From the IMG/VR virus record IMGVR_UViG_3300020183_006727: a DNA stretch of 62,775 nucleotides; one strand, given 5' to 3'. The translations under genes were made by a program, and so were the position numbers. Positions 36,701-44,452 of the stretch are shown here, piece after piece (the stretch's first letter is position 1; each line of letters begins with the position of its first letter). The notes under the pieces are model-generated. The model saw nothing but the letters and a program-made list of their open reading frames with translations. It was not told where the DNA came from and did no database searches. This DNA is from an uncultured virus (IMG/VR IMGVR_UViG_3300020183_006727) (taxonomy: Duplodnaviria > Heunggongvirae > Uroviricota > Caudoviricetes).

Positions 36701-39061
36701 GTTGTCTTTGTAAATAACTCAGTAACCTCTGTTGGTTATCAAATATTCGGGGATGGGTCTATAGAGTTTGTTCAAGAACTTCCAGAAAATTCTGTAGTTA
36801 AATCTGTAGTTTTTGGAACATCTGAAGTCGAAGGAATTTTGGACGGAGAGCAGATTGGTATACTTTCTGCAGGTCAATTCACCTCTGGGGTTGTCAGTAG
36901 GGGCGTCATGCCGTCTGTTAGCCATGATGAGACATTCATGGACATGCTGCCAATGACATGCATAATGCAATCAGCAGATAATTTCAGATGGTTTGCTACC
37001 GTAAACGAAAGAAACAAGATCAGATTCTATTCTGAATCAGACTTAATATACTCGGAAGTGGCTATTGAGTTGGCCGATGCAGAGGTTGACACCGCTCTTG
37101 GTTCCGTCCCTAGCTCATTCCCAATATCTAGAGGTAGTGCACGTGCATTTATCCATGACATGGAGTTTTTTGGGGATATCGGCTTTATAGCATCAAGCAT
37201 TGGTAGTTGGATGTATGCAAATACTTCCGACATTAGTTCAATTCTTGAAATATCTTCATCTTTGCCACCTGATGACGTCGGGTCTCCGTTTAGGATTAGA
37301 GTATTTGGAGACATCGTGTTCATAATTGCCTTCAGGGGCATAGACATGGCCAGAATACAGACTGATGGGGTTTTGACTCCGCTTGCTACAGGATTGGGAA
37401 TTCAGGGAGGGGTTAAATGCTTCCGAGACATTATAAAGATTGATGACTCAAACTTCATTGCAGTCGCTGCAAACGCCATATGGAAGATACACATACAGCC
37501 AAATTCTCAGATATATTTTCGACAACTGCCCCCCATATCGTCAGGGGCGACTTTGATATGGTCATGTTTTTCATGGGGCGGTCTTCCTTACATCTATTCA
37601 GAAGATGGGCTTTTTGTTGGAGATTCAAGTGGTTCAGAGTTTTCTTTGCTCGAAACTGTACCAGGAAAGCTAAAAATAATAGATACTTATATCGAAGACG
37701 ATTTTGTATTGTTAATTGCAACTAACTCTATATGGAGGCTTGATGGCTCTTCTGCATCGAAGGTGTTTCAGTCAGATGTGAGGCTTGGTCGGTGTGCAGT
37801 GCACGCAGATAGGCTCTTTGTTTGCTCTGACGACGGATTGCTCAGGACTAGCTCAGACACCAATTTGTCAGAATCCAGCAACTATGTCTTGCGCAAAATG
37901 TCCATGCCAAAATTCCCCGATGGTCGTTTCTTTTTGCCTCTAACCGTGAAGTCTCATTCTGGTCGTCTTTGGGTTGGCGGTGAGGGCGGTGCCATTTCTG
38001 CAGTAAACTTCAACAGGTGGGCAAACTATTGCGATTTGTATTCTGAAATTAGTGTTTTTGATGTCAAGGAGTCACCAACAGTTTATATTGACGGGAAGCC
38101 TAGGCATGTTGGTGTATATTTTCAGTTTGCTACAGACGTATCAAGTTTATTTCCTAGACTTGCTGCTGATCAGGAATATGAATCTCAAATTGAAGTTGGT
38201 CTTCCTGAGTGCATATTTTTAGAGGATCCTCCTGAGGAATTTTCTGAAGTAGAGGTTGCTAGGAGTTACCATGCATGGAGACACCCGAAGGGTCGATGGG
38301 CTCATTTGGATTATGCCGCCCCCATCGCACTCAAAATCAACGGTAAGCAAATTAATGATGGTAGCCGAGCAAAGAGGCCATATGATGATGTTGCTTTCAT
38401 ATCTAGTTTGACCACAAGCTTCGGCGAGGAGGTGTCCGCCCAAGATTCATTTGATTCAGCCTTCCGAGAAATGCAGGATCATGCTAAATTTATGTTAATA
38501 AACTCAGAAAATGCAGATGGGGAGCCGGAATCTTATGGTGTTCATAAATTTTCTAGAAGTAATATGCGTATTTTGCTCAGCAAGATTGAGAGAGCCAACC
38601 GATTTGTCTATGACAGACAGGCCTTGGCTTTCTTGGGTGTGGACGGTAATTACAGACTCCCCGACCCTCTGATCAAGGTTGATTTGATTGCGAACGCCTT
38701 TGAGCCGCCACATGGTGTCAGATCCTCTCTCCTGTCATCCTTGGGGATCGTGTCATACCCATTTGCAGAGACCCTGATTGGCGACGTGGGCGTTTATGAC
38801 GCCGAAGACATCGGCTACCGTCTGCCACCTGTTGTGCCCAAAGACCCAACAGAAGGCTCTCTTGAGCCAAATTACGAGCTTTTGACTGAAGATGCTGCAG
38901 CGCTTTCCGTCCCGATTGAGGATCTAGCATTCACTGGAGAGTTCACCTACTTCGGAATTATCCCTGGTGTGCTGAGGTTCTTTGGAAGAAGAAGGCCGGG
39001 CGGCATAGTTCACGAGGGGCCACCGACCTATCATTTAGAACGCTGTGATTTTTGTAATTAA
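33734..39061 (+). CDS. FN3-repeat tail-fibre/baseplate-like protein (1775 aa), paralog of 3412-7068
   Basis: N-terminal TPSLQLPYF...IGDGVAYG. FN3 motifs PPTPTGVAA...IRDLVNGSRYRVSV, DSTPPLPVADI...FNWSHS and YLDLMVLDGNSYSYRIG. Fibre motif LSAGQFTSGVVSRGVMP. ATGA overlap. Confidence 0.65.
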   Translation: MTRPTPSLQLPYFERGDRYSAVVDKSRMMMLDEQLHAFYSAIGDGVAYGLDASLSGGSVFISSGAAFINGVFTQLAIERSCPYPNIGEGIFLKRQANMISRFGNFSSSRKVVVNDVSPPYPPTFNAYISDDSAFVSFDWSGASVTTLYAYLIIDDIYVAQISRSEYVFQHPIMEGSSISVKMQAFGYGDIPGLFSDELTVSRPFADVIPPTPTGVAAVENNASISVVFDKSTSGLISEKIVSWRRVDVFGNEVGDEFSVEVSVSKSHCIIRDLVNGSRYRVSVSNRSIYGKTSTPVNKYLVPTSGAQVGDVDDMDAVILRNPLGSFYLSVSAISLDGYDPMNNLYLRIHKNGNLGFIWTSKDIKMPDNGKIELSTVQVIQGSSFVTKPFEDKSSYTIVLFRKVGQSQTRGRFTRVISGDSTPPLPVADISGFSSIAGNVRFNWSHSDPSDVSYYELSVISYPILSRTENITEPPSDSIYIARRYSSNMCDFNFNISGVTLKIEGIDDDNFTPVEGFSEVSLDLTGKNIADVIAFINYANIRMKSKATGIIYSMFQLIEARSAFSLGSNPSQTYDLINISSSSLSAQKLLAIDNARLQATSPILFRTGVVNPNIIDDYTGGFFASGGIILQVKDSSDSPTTYTYTTGVQTAQISQKTKLRTYLLPSGMTKPKTKYVISIVAVDEYSNKSVASSFSLFSPFSEDISAPGELDGIFAAVVQDGIMVTWNGKSRLPANKFLVYRSQINSSGSFGPYGLIAEVDPSAYEYLDLMVLDGNSYSYRIGYENFWGARSMHPEAYELEGKVGVLTTFVSRSENPGPTGLSAAFVNDDFVLSWNAYTKPVDGFELYVSDPSTGRFSRVGSADNKSTTHTLRDFKKTAGEYRFAIRSVVSECSVVTAQITNPPDVSMLLFSRSQDGSLKDERRLLSGMIDPILENTEELIAEHRHFRLDENNDFRIDLSDLYVIDQYVSEDRIVYTPSLPIEVGIDPSQGVVFVNNSVTSVGYQIFGDGSIEFVQELPENSVVKSVVFGTSEVEGILDGEQIGILSAGQFTSGVVSRGVMPSVSHDETFMDMLPMTCIMQSADNFRWFATVNERNKIRFYSESDLIYSEVAIELADAEVDTALGSVPSSFPISRGSARAFIHDMEFFGDIGFIASSIGSWMYANTSDISSILEISSSLPPDDVGSPFRIRVFGDIVFIIAFRGIDMARIQTDGVLTPLATGLGIQGGVKCFRDIIKIDDSNFIAVAANAIWKIHIQPNSQIYFRQLPPISSGATLIWSCFSWGGLPYIYSEDGLFVGDSSGSEFSLLETVPGKLKIIDTYIEDDFVLLIATNSIWRLDGSSASKVFQSDVRLGRCAVHADRLFVCSDDGLLRTSSDTNLSESSNYVLRKMSMPKFPDGRFFLPLTVKSHSGRLWVGGEGGAISAVNFNRWANYCDLYSEISVFDVKESPTVYIDGKPRHVGVYFQFATDVSSLFPRLAADQEYESQIEVGLPECIFLEDPPEEFSEVEVARSYHAWRHPKGRWAHLDYAAPIALKINGKQINDGSRAKRPYDDVAFISSLTTSFGEEVSAQDSFDSAFREMQDHAKFMLINSENADGEPESYGVHKFSRSNMRILLSKIERANRFVYDRQALAFLGVDGNYRLPDPLIKVDLIANAFEPPHGVRSSLLSSLGIVSYPFAETLIGDVGVYDAEDIGYRLPPVVPKDPTEGSLEPNYELLTEDAAALSVPIEDLAFTGEFTYFGIIPGVLRFFGRRRPGGIVHEGPPTYHLERCDFCN

Positions 39062-39121
39062 TTGACGCTGATAGGTAGCAGGGTGATTCTGCAGAAATAA
39101 AAGTTTGTCAGGAACTTTGCC

Positions 39122-39940
39122 ATGGCATCAGATGATACAAGATATGACTCGGATTCTGATTTTCAGAAAATTCTGAATTTAGTCAGGTCTGAAAACTTGC
39201 TTGAGATGTCTCTCGACAGGAAAAGACCCAACTGTTTTAGGTCAGATGTTGATACTTCTATTTTCAATTTTTGTAATCAATCATTTTTTGTAGACGCAAA
39301 CACTGAATATGACTATACGCAATATTTGCCTGAAGATTCCAATTTGGCGTTGCAGCCGTCGGAGAATAAGATAAAAAAATTGTTCAATGCTGTAGTCCCT
39401 GTTTTGGTCTACCTAGGCACGGCAGCCAGCAAGCGGACTCCTGGTTACAATGCCGTGCCCTCGGAAGACTACGGAGACATCAGTCCGTCTCAGCATATGA
39501 AGTCAGCTACCTCTGCAGCAACCAGGGAATCTACCTTCACGCAAAACTCTTACTTTTCTTTTTGGTTTTCGCTTCATCCTATGGTGAGGCAACAAATTTT
39601 AGATGTTATATCCTCTCTTTCTAATACATTGGGCGTTGACCCTATATGTTCGAGGCAATCTGATGTCTCCTTGTGTAGAAGCAATAAGGCTAAAGTTCTT
39701 TTGAGAGTTGTGTCAGCACTTCGTGTAAGCGACCAATATTCGGGAATACCTCAATTATTGCAGTCTGTAAGGCTAGACATCAACACGGCTAGGCCGATTG
39801 GCATGATCAAGTCTGATTTGGGTCTTGGCAATGTTTACAAATGTATTCAGCGTGCTAGAATTAGAAAGAAACTTCAGCAGGATGGCGGAGGTTCTTGCGG
39901 TGGTGAAGGTTGTCGCCCATGCGTTGATAGAAACTTATAA
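39122..39940 (+). CDS. Hypothetical protein (272 aa)
   Basis: ATG start, fills the gap in the cluster, Gly/Cys-rich C-terminus, no recognisable family. Confidence 0.7.
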   Translation: MASDDTRYDSDSDFQKILNLVRSENLLEMSLDRKRPNCFRSDVDTSIFNFCNQSFFVDANTEYDYTQYLPEDSNLALQPSENKIKKLFNAVVPVLVYLGTAASKRTPGYNAVPSEDYGDISPSQHMKSATSAATRESTFTQNSYFSFWFSLHPMVRQQILDVISSLSNTLGVDPICSRQSDVSLCRSNKAKVLLRVVSALRVSDQYSGIPQLLQSVRLDINTARPIGMIKSDLGLGNVYKCIQRARIRKKLQQDGGGSCGGEGCRPCVDRNL

Positions 39941-39942
39941 AT

Positions 39943-41445
39943 ATGTCAGATCTTAAGTTCCAATTTGAGCCCGGACAAGCTTACTCTTGGGGCCAAAGAG
40001 ACAAAGTTTCATTTTCAGGTTCTTCACGCCTCCTCTTGTCTGCCATTAGACCTTCTTGGCTTACGGACATGCGTTTGCATCTTGCTGACAAGAGCATGCC
40101 AACCAGGCTAGTTTTACCCACAGGTATCAACATCACTTTGTTATTTGATAGGGATGTTAATGCGGAATGGGTCTGTGCCAATAGAAGTGGTCGTTGCGTA
40201 TCACAATCATGTGATTTGGGCGCTTTTGAATCATCTGGCACCGGCTTCCTGCATGCTTATGGAGTCGACATACAACTCTCCGTGCTCCCAATGGCGAATC
40301 TAGACGGCGGTGCCGAAAATTACGTGAATCCTTCTATGCCATTCATGTTTGAAGATGGTCATGTTTCATCCGCAAGTGACTTGCTGCTTTCTTTTGAGCG
40401 CAAAATATCCAATCATTATTTTTATGACAGCGGAAGCAACAGTGCGATTGGCATTAACGGCGTTCAGAACAGCGTTATGTATTTGAAGCCTTTTGAGTCC
40501 TACAGGTTGCATTCGGATGGAGTTTTAGACATTTCTCAATTTGCAATTTGTTCAGATCATCGAATGCAGGCTAGCTCGATAATTTTTAGACCAACCGGAG
40601 AATCTATAGATGTGCCATATTGGATTTCTAGAAGTGGCGAAAAACTTTGGTACGGAATGATTGGCAATCCTCAAAGCGGCGGTCGCGTTTACATCTCTTC
40701 TCGAATGCCATTGTGGACGCCCTGGTCTGCATATATTGGCAATCCAGTCAGCACTGTCAGCATGATCAGAAAGTTACCTGTTGGAAATTTCTGTTTGATA
40801 AATCTAGCTGCGATGCATGCCCCATGTTGTTCGTCGTGTTCTGTTGTCGGCAATTCAATAAACACATTCCGACATCCTTCGTGTTTGTGGTCCGGAGGGG
40901 CAAGGCTTACTGACGGCACATGGATTAAAAATGCATATTCCGATGATTTTGTCTATTTGAGTGAAAAATTGATAGGCAGCGAATTTTTGGATTCTTCTTT
41001 AGCCGTTGTAGAACCCGGAATACTGAGCGGAGAATTTAAGTTCTCATCAAGTTCTTTCATGTATTTAGCTCGCTGGCTTGAGAGGTTTGCTGGAAGTGGC
41101 AAGCAGGCATTCGCCTGCGCCTTCCCGTATGGACTTAGCGATGGCGACATTCCATCAATAGATTTATATATGAAATCTGCTATGGCTAATACGATTCCTC
41201 CAATCAAGTGGGCTTGCTATGTAAACTCAAAAACAACCAATGTCTGTCTGTCTGCTCTGCGTGACTATGTATCAATTTCGCATAGAGATATATACATAAT
41301 TGCTCTAGACGATGAAACTGTATCAAGAGCGCAGTCATACGGAATAAGCATGATAGTTCCATATTCAGTTAGTGCTCTCGTGCATCCTATGTCTGGAAGG
41401 GATGTCGTGGTTTTTGATATGATGCCATTAGAGGATTTGCAATAA
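39943..41445 (+). CDS. Hypothetical protein (500 aa), possibly with a degenerate TIM-barrel-like C-terminal domain
   Basis: Tightly coupled to both neighbours. GKQAFACAFPYG weakly resembles the G.RRF...P.G motif of neighbouring genes. Confidence 0.65.
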   Translation: MSDLKFQFEPGQAYSWGQRDKVSFSGSSRLLLSAIRPSWLTDMRLHLADKSMPTRLVLPTGINITLLFDRDVNAEWVCANRSGRCVSQSCDLGAFESSGTGFLHAYGVDIQLSVLPMANLDGGAENYVNPSMPFMFEDGHVSSASDLLLSFERKISNHYFYDSGSNSAIGINGVQNSVMYLKPFESYRLHSDGVLDISQFAICSDHRMQASSIIFRPTGESIDVPYWISRSGEKLWYGMIGNPQSGGRVYISSRMPLWTPWSAYIGNPVSTVSMIRKLPVGNFCLINLAAMHAPCCSSCSVVGNSINTFRHPSCLWSGGARLTDGTWIKNAYSDDFVYLSEKLIGSEFLDSSLAVVEPGILSGEFKFSSSSFMYLARWLERFAGSGKQAFACAFPYGLSDGDIPSIDLYMKSAMANTIPPIKWACYVNSKTTNVCLSALRDYVSISHRDIYIIALDDETVSRAQSYGISMIVPYSVSALVHPMSGRDVVVFDMMPLEDLQ

Positions 41446-41446
41446 A

Positions 41447-44400
41447 ATGTATTATACTGGTACTAACCTCATAGTCAGTCTCGAAGTTGATAAAGCAAAT
41501 ATATTTTCTAGAGGAAATGTTTGTGAGATTTTTACATTCAGAGATGGTGGTGTAGGTAGGCGTGTCGGTTCTTTGGCAATGGTGTCTTCAGTTTTTGGCG
41601 ACACCGTGAATTTGACATTCAGTAATTTACCAATAGGTATAAATGACTACATAGAAAAAGGAGATGTTCTACGACTGTTTTTAAATAAAGATGTTTTTTC
41701 AGATATTCTTGGACATTTTATGGATTTTAACGACGGTTCTCCGCGTTTTGGCAAGTCTATAGATGAGCCAAATTATGATGAAAAAAGACATGATTTACTT
41801 AATTACGGGTCTGATGGATTCACCCCATTTGACCGACAGCCAATTAACTTGCTGTGTATGCGTGACTCTAATTTCAGTCCATTGTCAATGGACTACACTG
41901 GCTTGGTGTATGCAGGAAGAACAGATGCACCTAGGGGTCACAGAAACGGCATGGGGTCCAAGATCGCCGTGCTTATCACCAGGCAGCATCTGCTCATGTC
42001 CGATCACTATCCGCCGACCACAGACACAATGTATGCATGCGCTGACGATGCGCGTTTCACCATAACCAAGAGAAACAATATAGAGCAGGGCTCTACGGGT
42101 TTTACATACAATACTCTTGGTAACGGCGTCATGATATTGAATAGGTATCCTGAGTGGTTCATGATGCAGAATGATGGGAATACGGTAAAACAAAAATACC
42201 CAGATATCCCAATGTCTGCTTGGTCTTTATTTAACGATGCAGTGGTTCAGGTATTTAAAAATCCTGTGCCCAGTGCAATAAAACCAATAAAGCTTGGCTT
42301 TACTAATAACCCAAAAATACATTTTTCTGAAGATCAAGCCTTAGCTTTTGTGAACAATTCTTGGCTTACTGTTTCTGCCATGAGATTCGTGAACGTTGTT
42401 AATCAAACAACTCAGGCCAAGGTTGTCAATTCTCCTTGGGCAACTATGCCATCAGGGGTGAGACTTACAGATATGCAACACTGCATTTCGGCTGGCGATT
42501 CTGGAAGTCTGCTTCTTCATAAACACAGTCAAGGCACGATTTTTATGGGTGCAGTTTTTTCTGGTTTCACTGCATATGGCTTAATAATAAATTCTGATGG
42601 CAGTTCATATTGTGTGCCTCCTGCCTTCGACGGGGATGACAGATGTAGTTTTGACGACAGGTCAACAACTTCATTTGTAAATACTGGTGTTTCTCTCTTT
42701 ACTCCTGACATGAAAATAGTTTTAGATATAATATTGAGTGATCTATCTTGGCAAAACACTAATTCTAAAAAACTATCAAATTTGGATAAGAATATATCAG
42801 ACGAAGATATCATTCATACGAGTGCTTTTTTTATAGATTTAGATGCATCTTTTTCTTATCTTTTGCCTTCGTCTTCATCTTCAAGCAGTTCTAGTTCTTC
42901 AAGCAGTTCTAGTTCTTCAAGCAGTTCTAGTTCTTCAAGCAGTTCTATCCTTCCCTGCAACCCTCCTTCTGCTATATCTGGATGTCCCGACTATTTCGAT
43001 AGGGAAGCATATGTTGTTTCAAATGATCAATCCACAATAGATTCCGAGTTTGGCATATTGACTGAAACATCTATTTTTGGAGGTGGACACGGAGACTCTC
43101 TGCCTGTAAATTTCGAGGGGGCCGGAGCAGTCGTAGTAGGACAGGCATTGCCGACTTTGGGTCAGATACGGTTTATAGATGGCTCTAGGGTTGGCAAGGG
43201 CGACAAGGTTGAGGGCGCAGTTTTAGCAAAGAGGTGGAAAGATTTAGGAGAGGTTACCCACAGGGTCATAGAAGACAGCCTTGAAGGCAATAACGCTGGG
43301 TTTACCCTGAAGATGGCAGAAGCAATGCGAATAAACATGATGCATAATGCCGCAGCAATTAAGTTAGAAACAGATGTCGACCCAACTAGCGGTACAGAAA
43401 AAACATCACTTCATGATGCAGCAGACATGTCTTGGATGGATACTAAAATATCTACTGTTGGTCATACTGCCGTGAGATGGTCGTATGGTCTTTCTAAGTC
43501 GCCATCTTATGTTCTTTCTGCAGTCTATTTGACAAACCATAATTTGATCGCCTTCGCTACTGATGTGGGCGTTTTGTTCGTTGATTCATCTTCTAGTTAC
43601 ATGACATCTGCGCCCCCAGGCTGGGTGGACAATGGATTCGCTTTCAAGTTAGCCATTTATGGAAATAAAATCGTTTCCTATGGCCCAAGCGAAATACTTG
43701 AATATGATCAATTTGAGATGTCAAGTAGATCCGTACCTCTCGAAGGTGTTTCTGGGCTGATTGTCACTGGTGGTAAAAACGGCCAAACATATATTGTTGC
43801 AACATCAACTATACTGTACTCAAAGTCAAATGTTTCAATACCATTTGTTCGTCGTGGTGGGTTGGATTTCAATAACGACAATCAGTTTGACAAGATAACT
43901 CATGTTTTTGACGGTCCACCAAATGTGATTTCTTTAGGCTCCAACTTTGCTTGGTCTCCAGACGGTTTGAGATTTACAAAATCGTCATCTTCACTTATTA
44001 CCCCTCCGTCTGTGCTTGTAAAGTTCAAAGGATTTTTGGTTTATGGAGGAAAAAGTGGTGTGGCGTATGGCATGAACCTAGTCGCTTCTGCCTCTAGTTC
44101 AGATGATCGTCTTTTGGAAATACCAGAATCTTCTGATGGAGTTTCCATGACTGGTGTGGCTTGCAATTCTATATTAGTGTTTAGGTCAGTTGATCAAGAT
44201 GGATCTTTAAGAGACGATTATATGATATGCGGATTTGCTAATGGTTATACATGCGTTGTAAAATATAAGGTTGATACAATTAACCTTTCGGGTGGAGGAC
44301 TAGAAGCAGAAATACCCCAGGCAACTGGAATGGATTGCATACATCATCTAGTAGAAGTTGGTGGCAGGGTCGCTGTTGTTGGATTTAACACGTGGAAGTA

Positions 44401-44452
44401 TGTAGACGAAATCAGGGTAAATAGGATTGTTTCTGGAGTTCCACTATCATGA
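41447..44452 (+). CDS. Trypsin-like (clan PA) serine protease domain fused via poly-Ser to a structural/propeller domain (1001 aa)
   Basis: AVLITRQHLLMSDHY (H at 42005), FNDAVVQVF (D at 42236) and ISAGDSGSLL (S at 42500) occur in H-D-S order. A 26-Ser linker follows at 42869-42946, then propeller-like repeats. Confidence 0.7.
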   Translation: MYYTGTNLIVSLEVDKANIFSRGNVCEIFTFRDGGVGRRVGSLAMVSSVFGDTVNLTFSNLPIGINDYIEKGDVLRLFLNKDVFSDILGHFMDFNDGSPRFGKSIDEPNYDEKRHDLLNYGSDGFTPFDRQPINLLCMRDSNFSPLSMDYTGLVYAGRTDAPRGHRNGMGSKIAVLITRQHLLMSDHYPPTTDTMYACADDARFTITKRNNIEQGSTGFTYNTLGNGVMILNRYPEWFMMQNDGNTVKQKYPDIPMSAWSLFNDAVVQVFKNPVPSAIKPIKLGFTNNPKIHFSEDQALAFVNNSWLTVSAMRFVNVVNQTTQAKVVNSPWATMPSGVRLTDMQHCISAGDSGSLLLHKHSQGTIFMGAVFSGFTAYGLIINSDGSSYCVPPAFDGDDRCSFDDRSTTSFVNTGVSLFTPDMKIVLDIILSDLSWQNTNSKKLSNLDKNISDEDIIHTSAFFIDLDASFSYLLPSSSSSSSSSSSSSSSSSSSSSSSSSSILPCNPPSAISGCPDYFDREAYVVSNDQSTIDSEFGILTETSIFGGGHGDSLPVNFEGAGAVVVGQALPTLGQIRFIDGSRVGKGDKVEGAVLAKRWKDLGEVTHRVIEDSLEGNNAGFTLKMAEAMRINMMHNAAAIKLETDVDPTSGTEKTSLHDAADMSWMDTKISTVGHTAVRWSYGLSKSPSYVLSAVYLTNHNLIAFATDVGVLFVDSSSSYMTSAPPGWVDNGFAFKLAIYGNKIVSYGPSEILEYDQFEMSSRSVPLEGVSGLIVTGGKNGQTYIVATSTILYSKSNVSIPFVRRGGLDFNNDNQFDKITHVFDGPPNVISLGSNFAWSPDGLRFTKSSSSLITPPSVLVKFKGFLVYGGKSGVAYGMNLVASASSSDDRLLEIPESSDGVSMTGVACNSILVFRSVDQDGSLRDDYMICGFANGYTCVVKYKVDTINLSGGGLEAEIPQATGMDCIHHLVEVGGRVAVVGFNTWKYVDEIRVNRIVSGVPLS
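42878..42946 (+). repeat. Perfect 18-bp tandem repeat (tcttcaagcagttctagt x ~3.8) encoding poly-Ser
   Basis: Read directly from the sequence. Confidence 0.95.

Noticed and set aside
3141..39121. Shared late-promoter motif in the three intergenic gaps
   Set aside because: Only short matches such as tgaaac in two of the three gaps; not enough to call a promoter.
42878..42946. CRISPR-like repeat
   Set aside because: These are tandem units with no spacers, in frame within a CDS.
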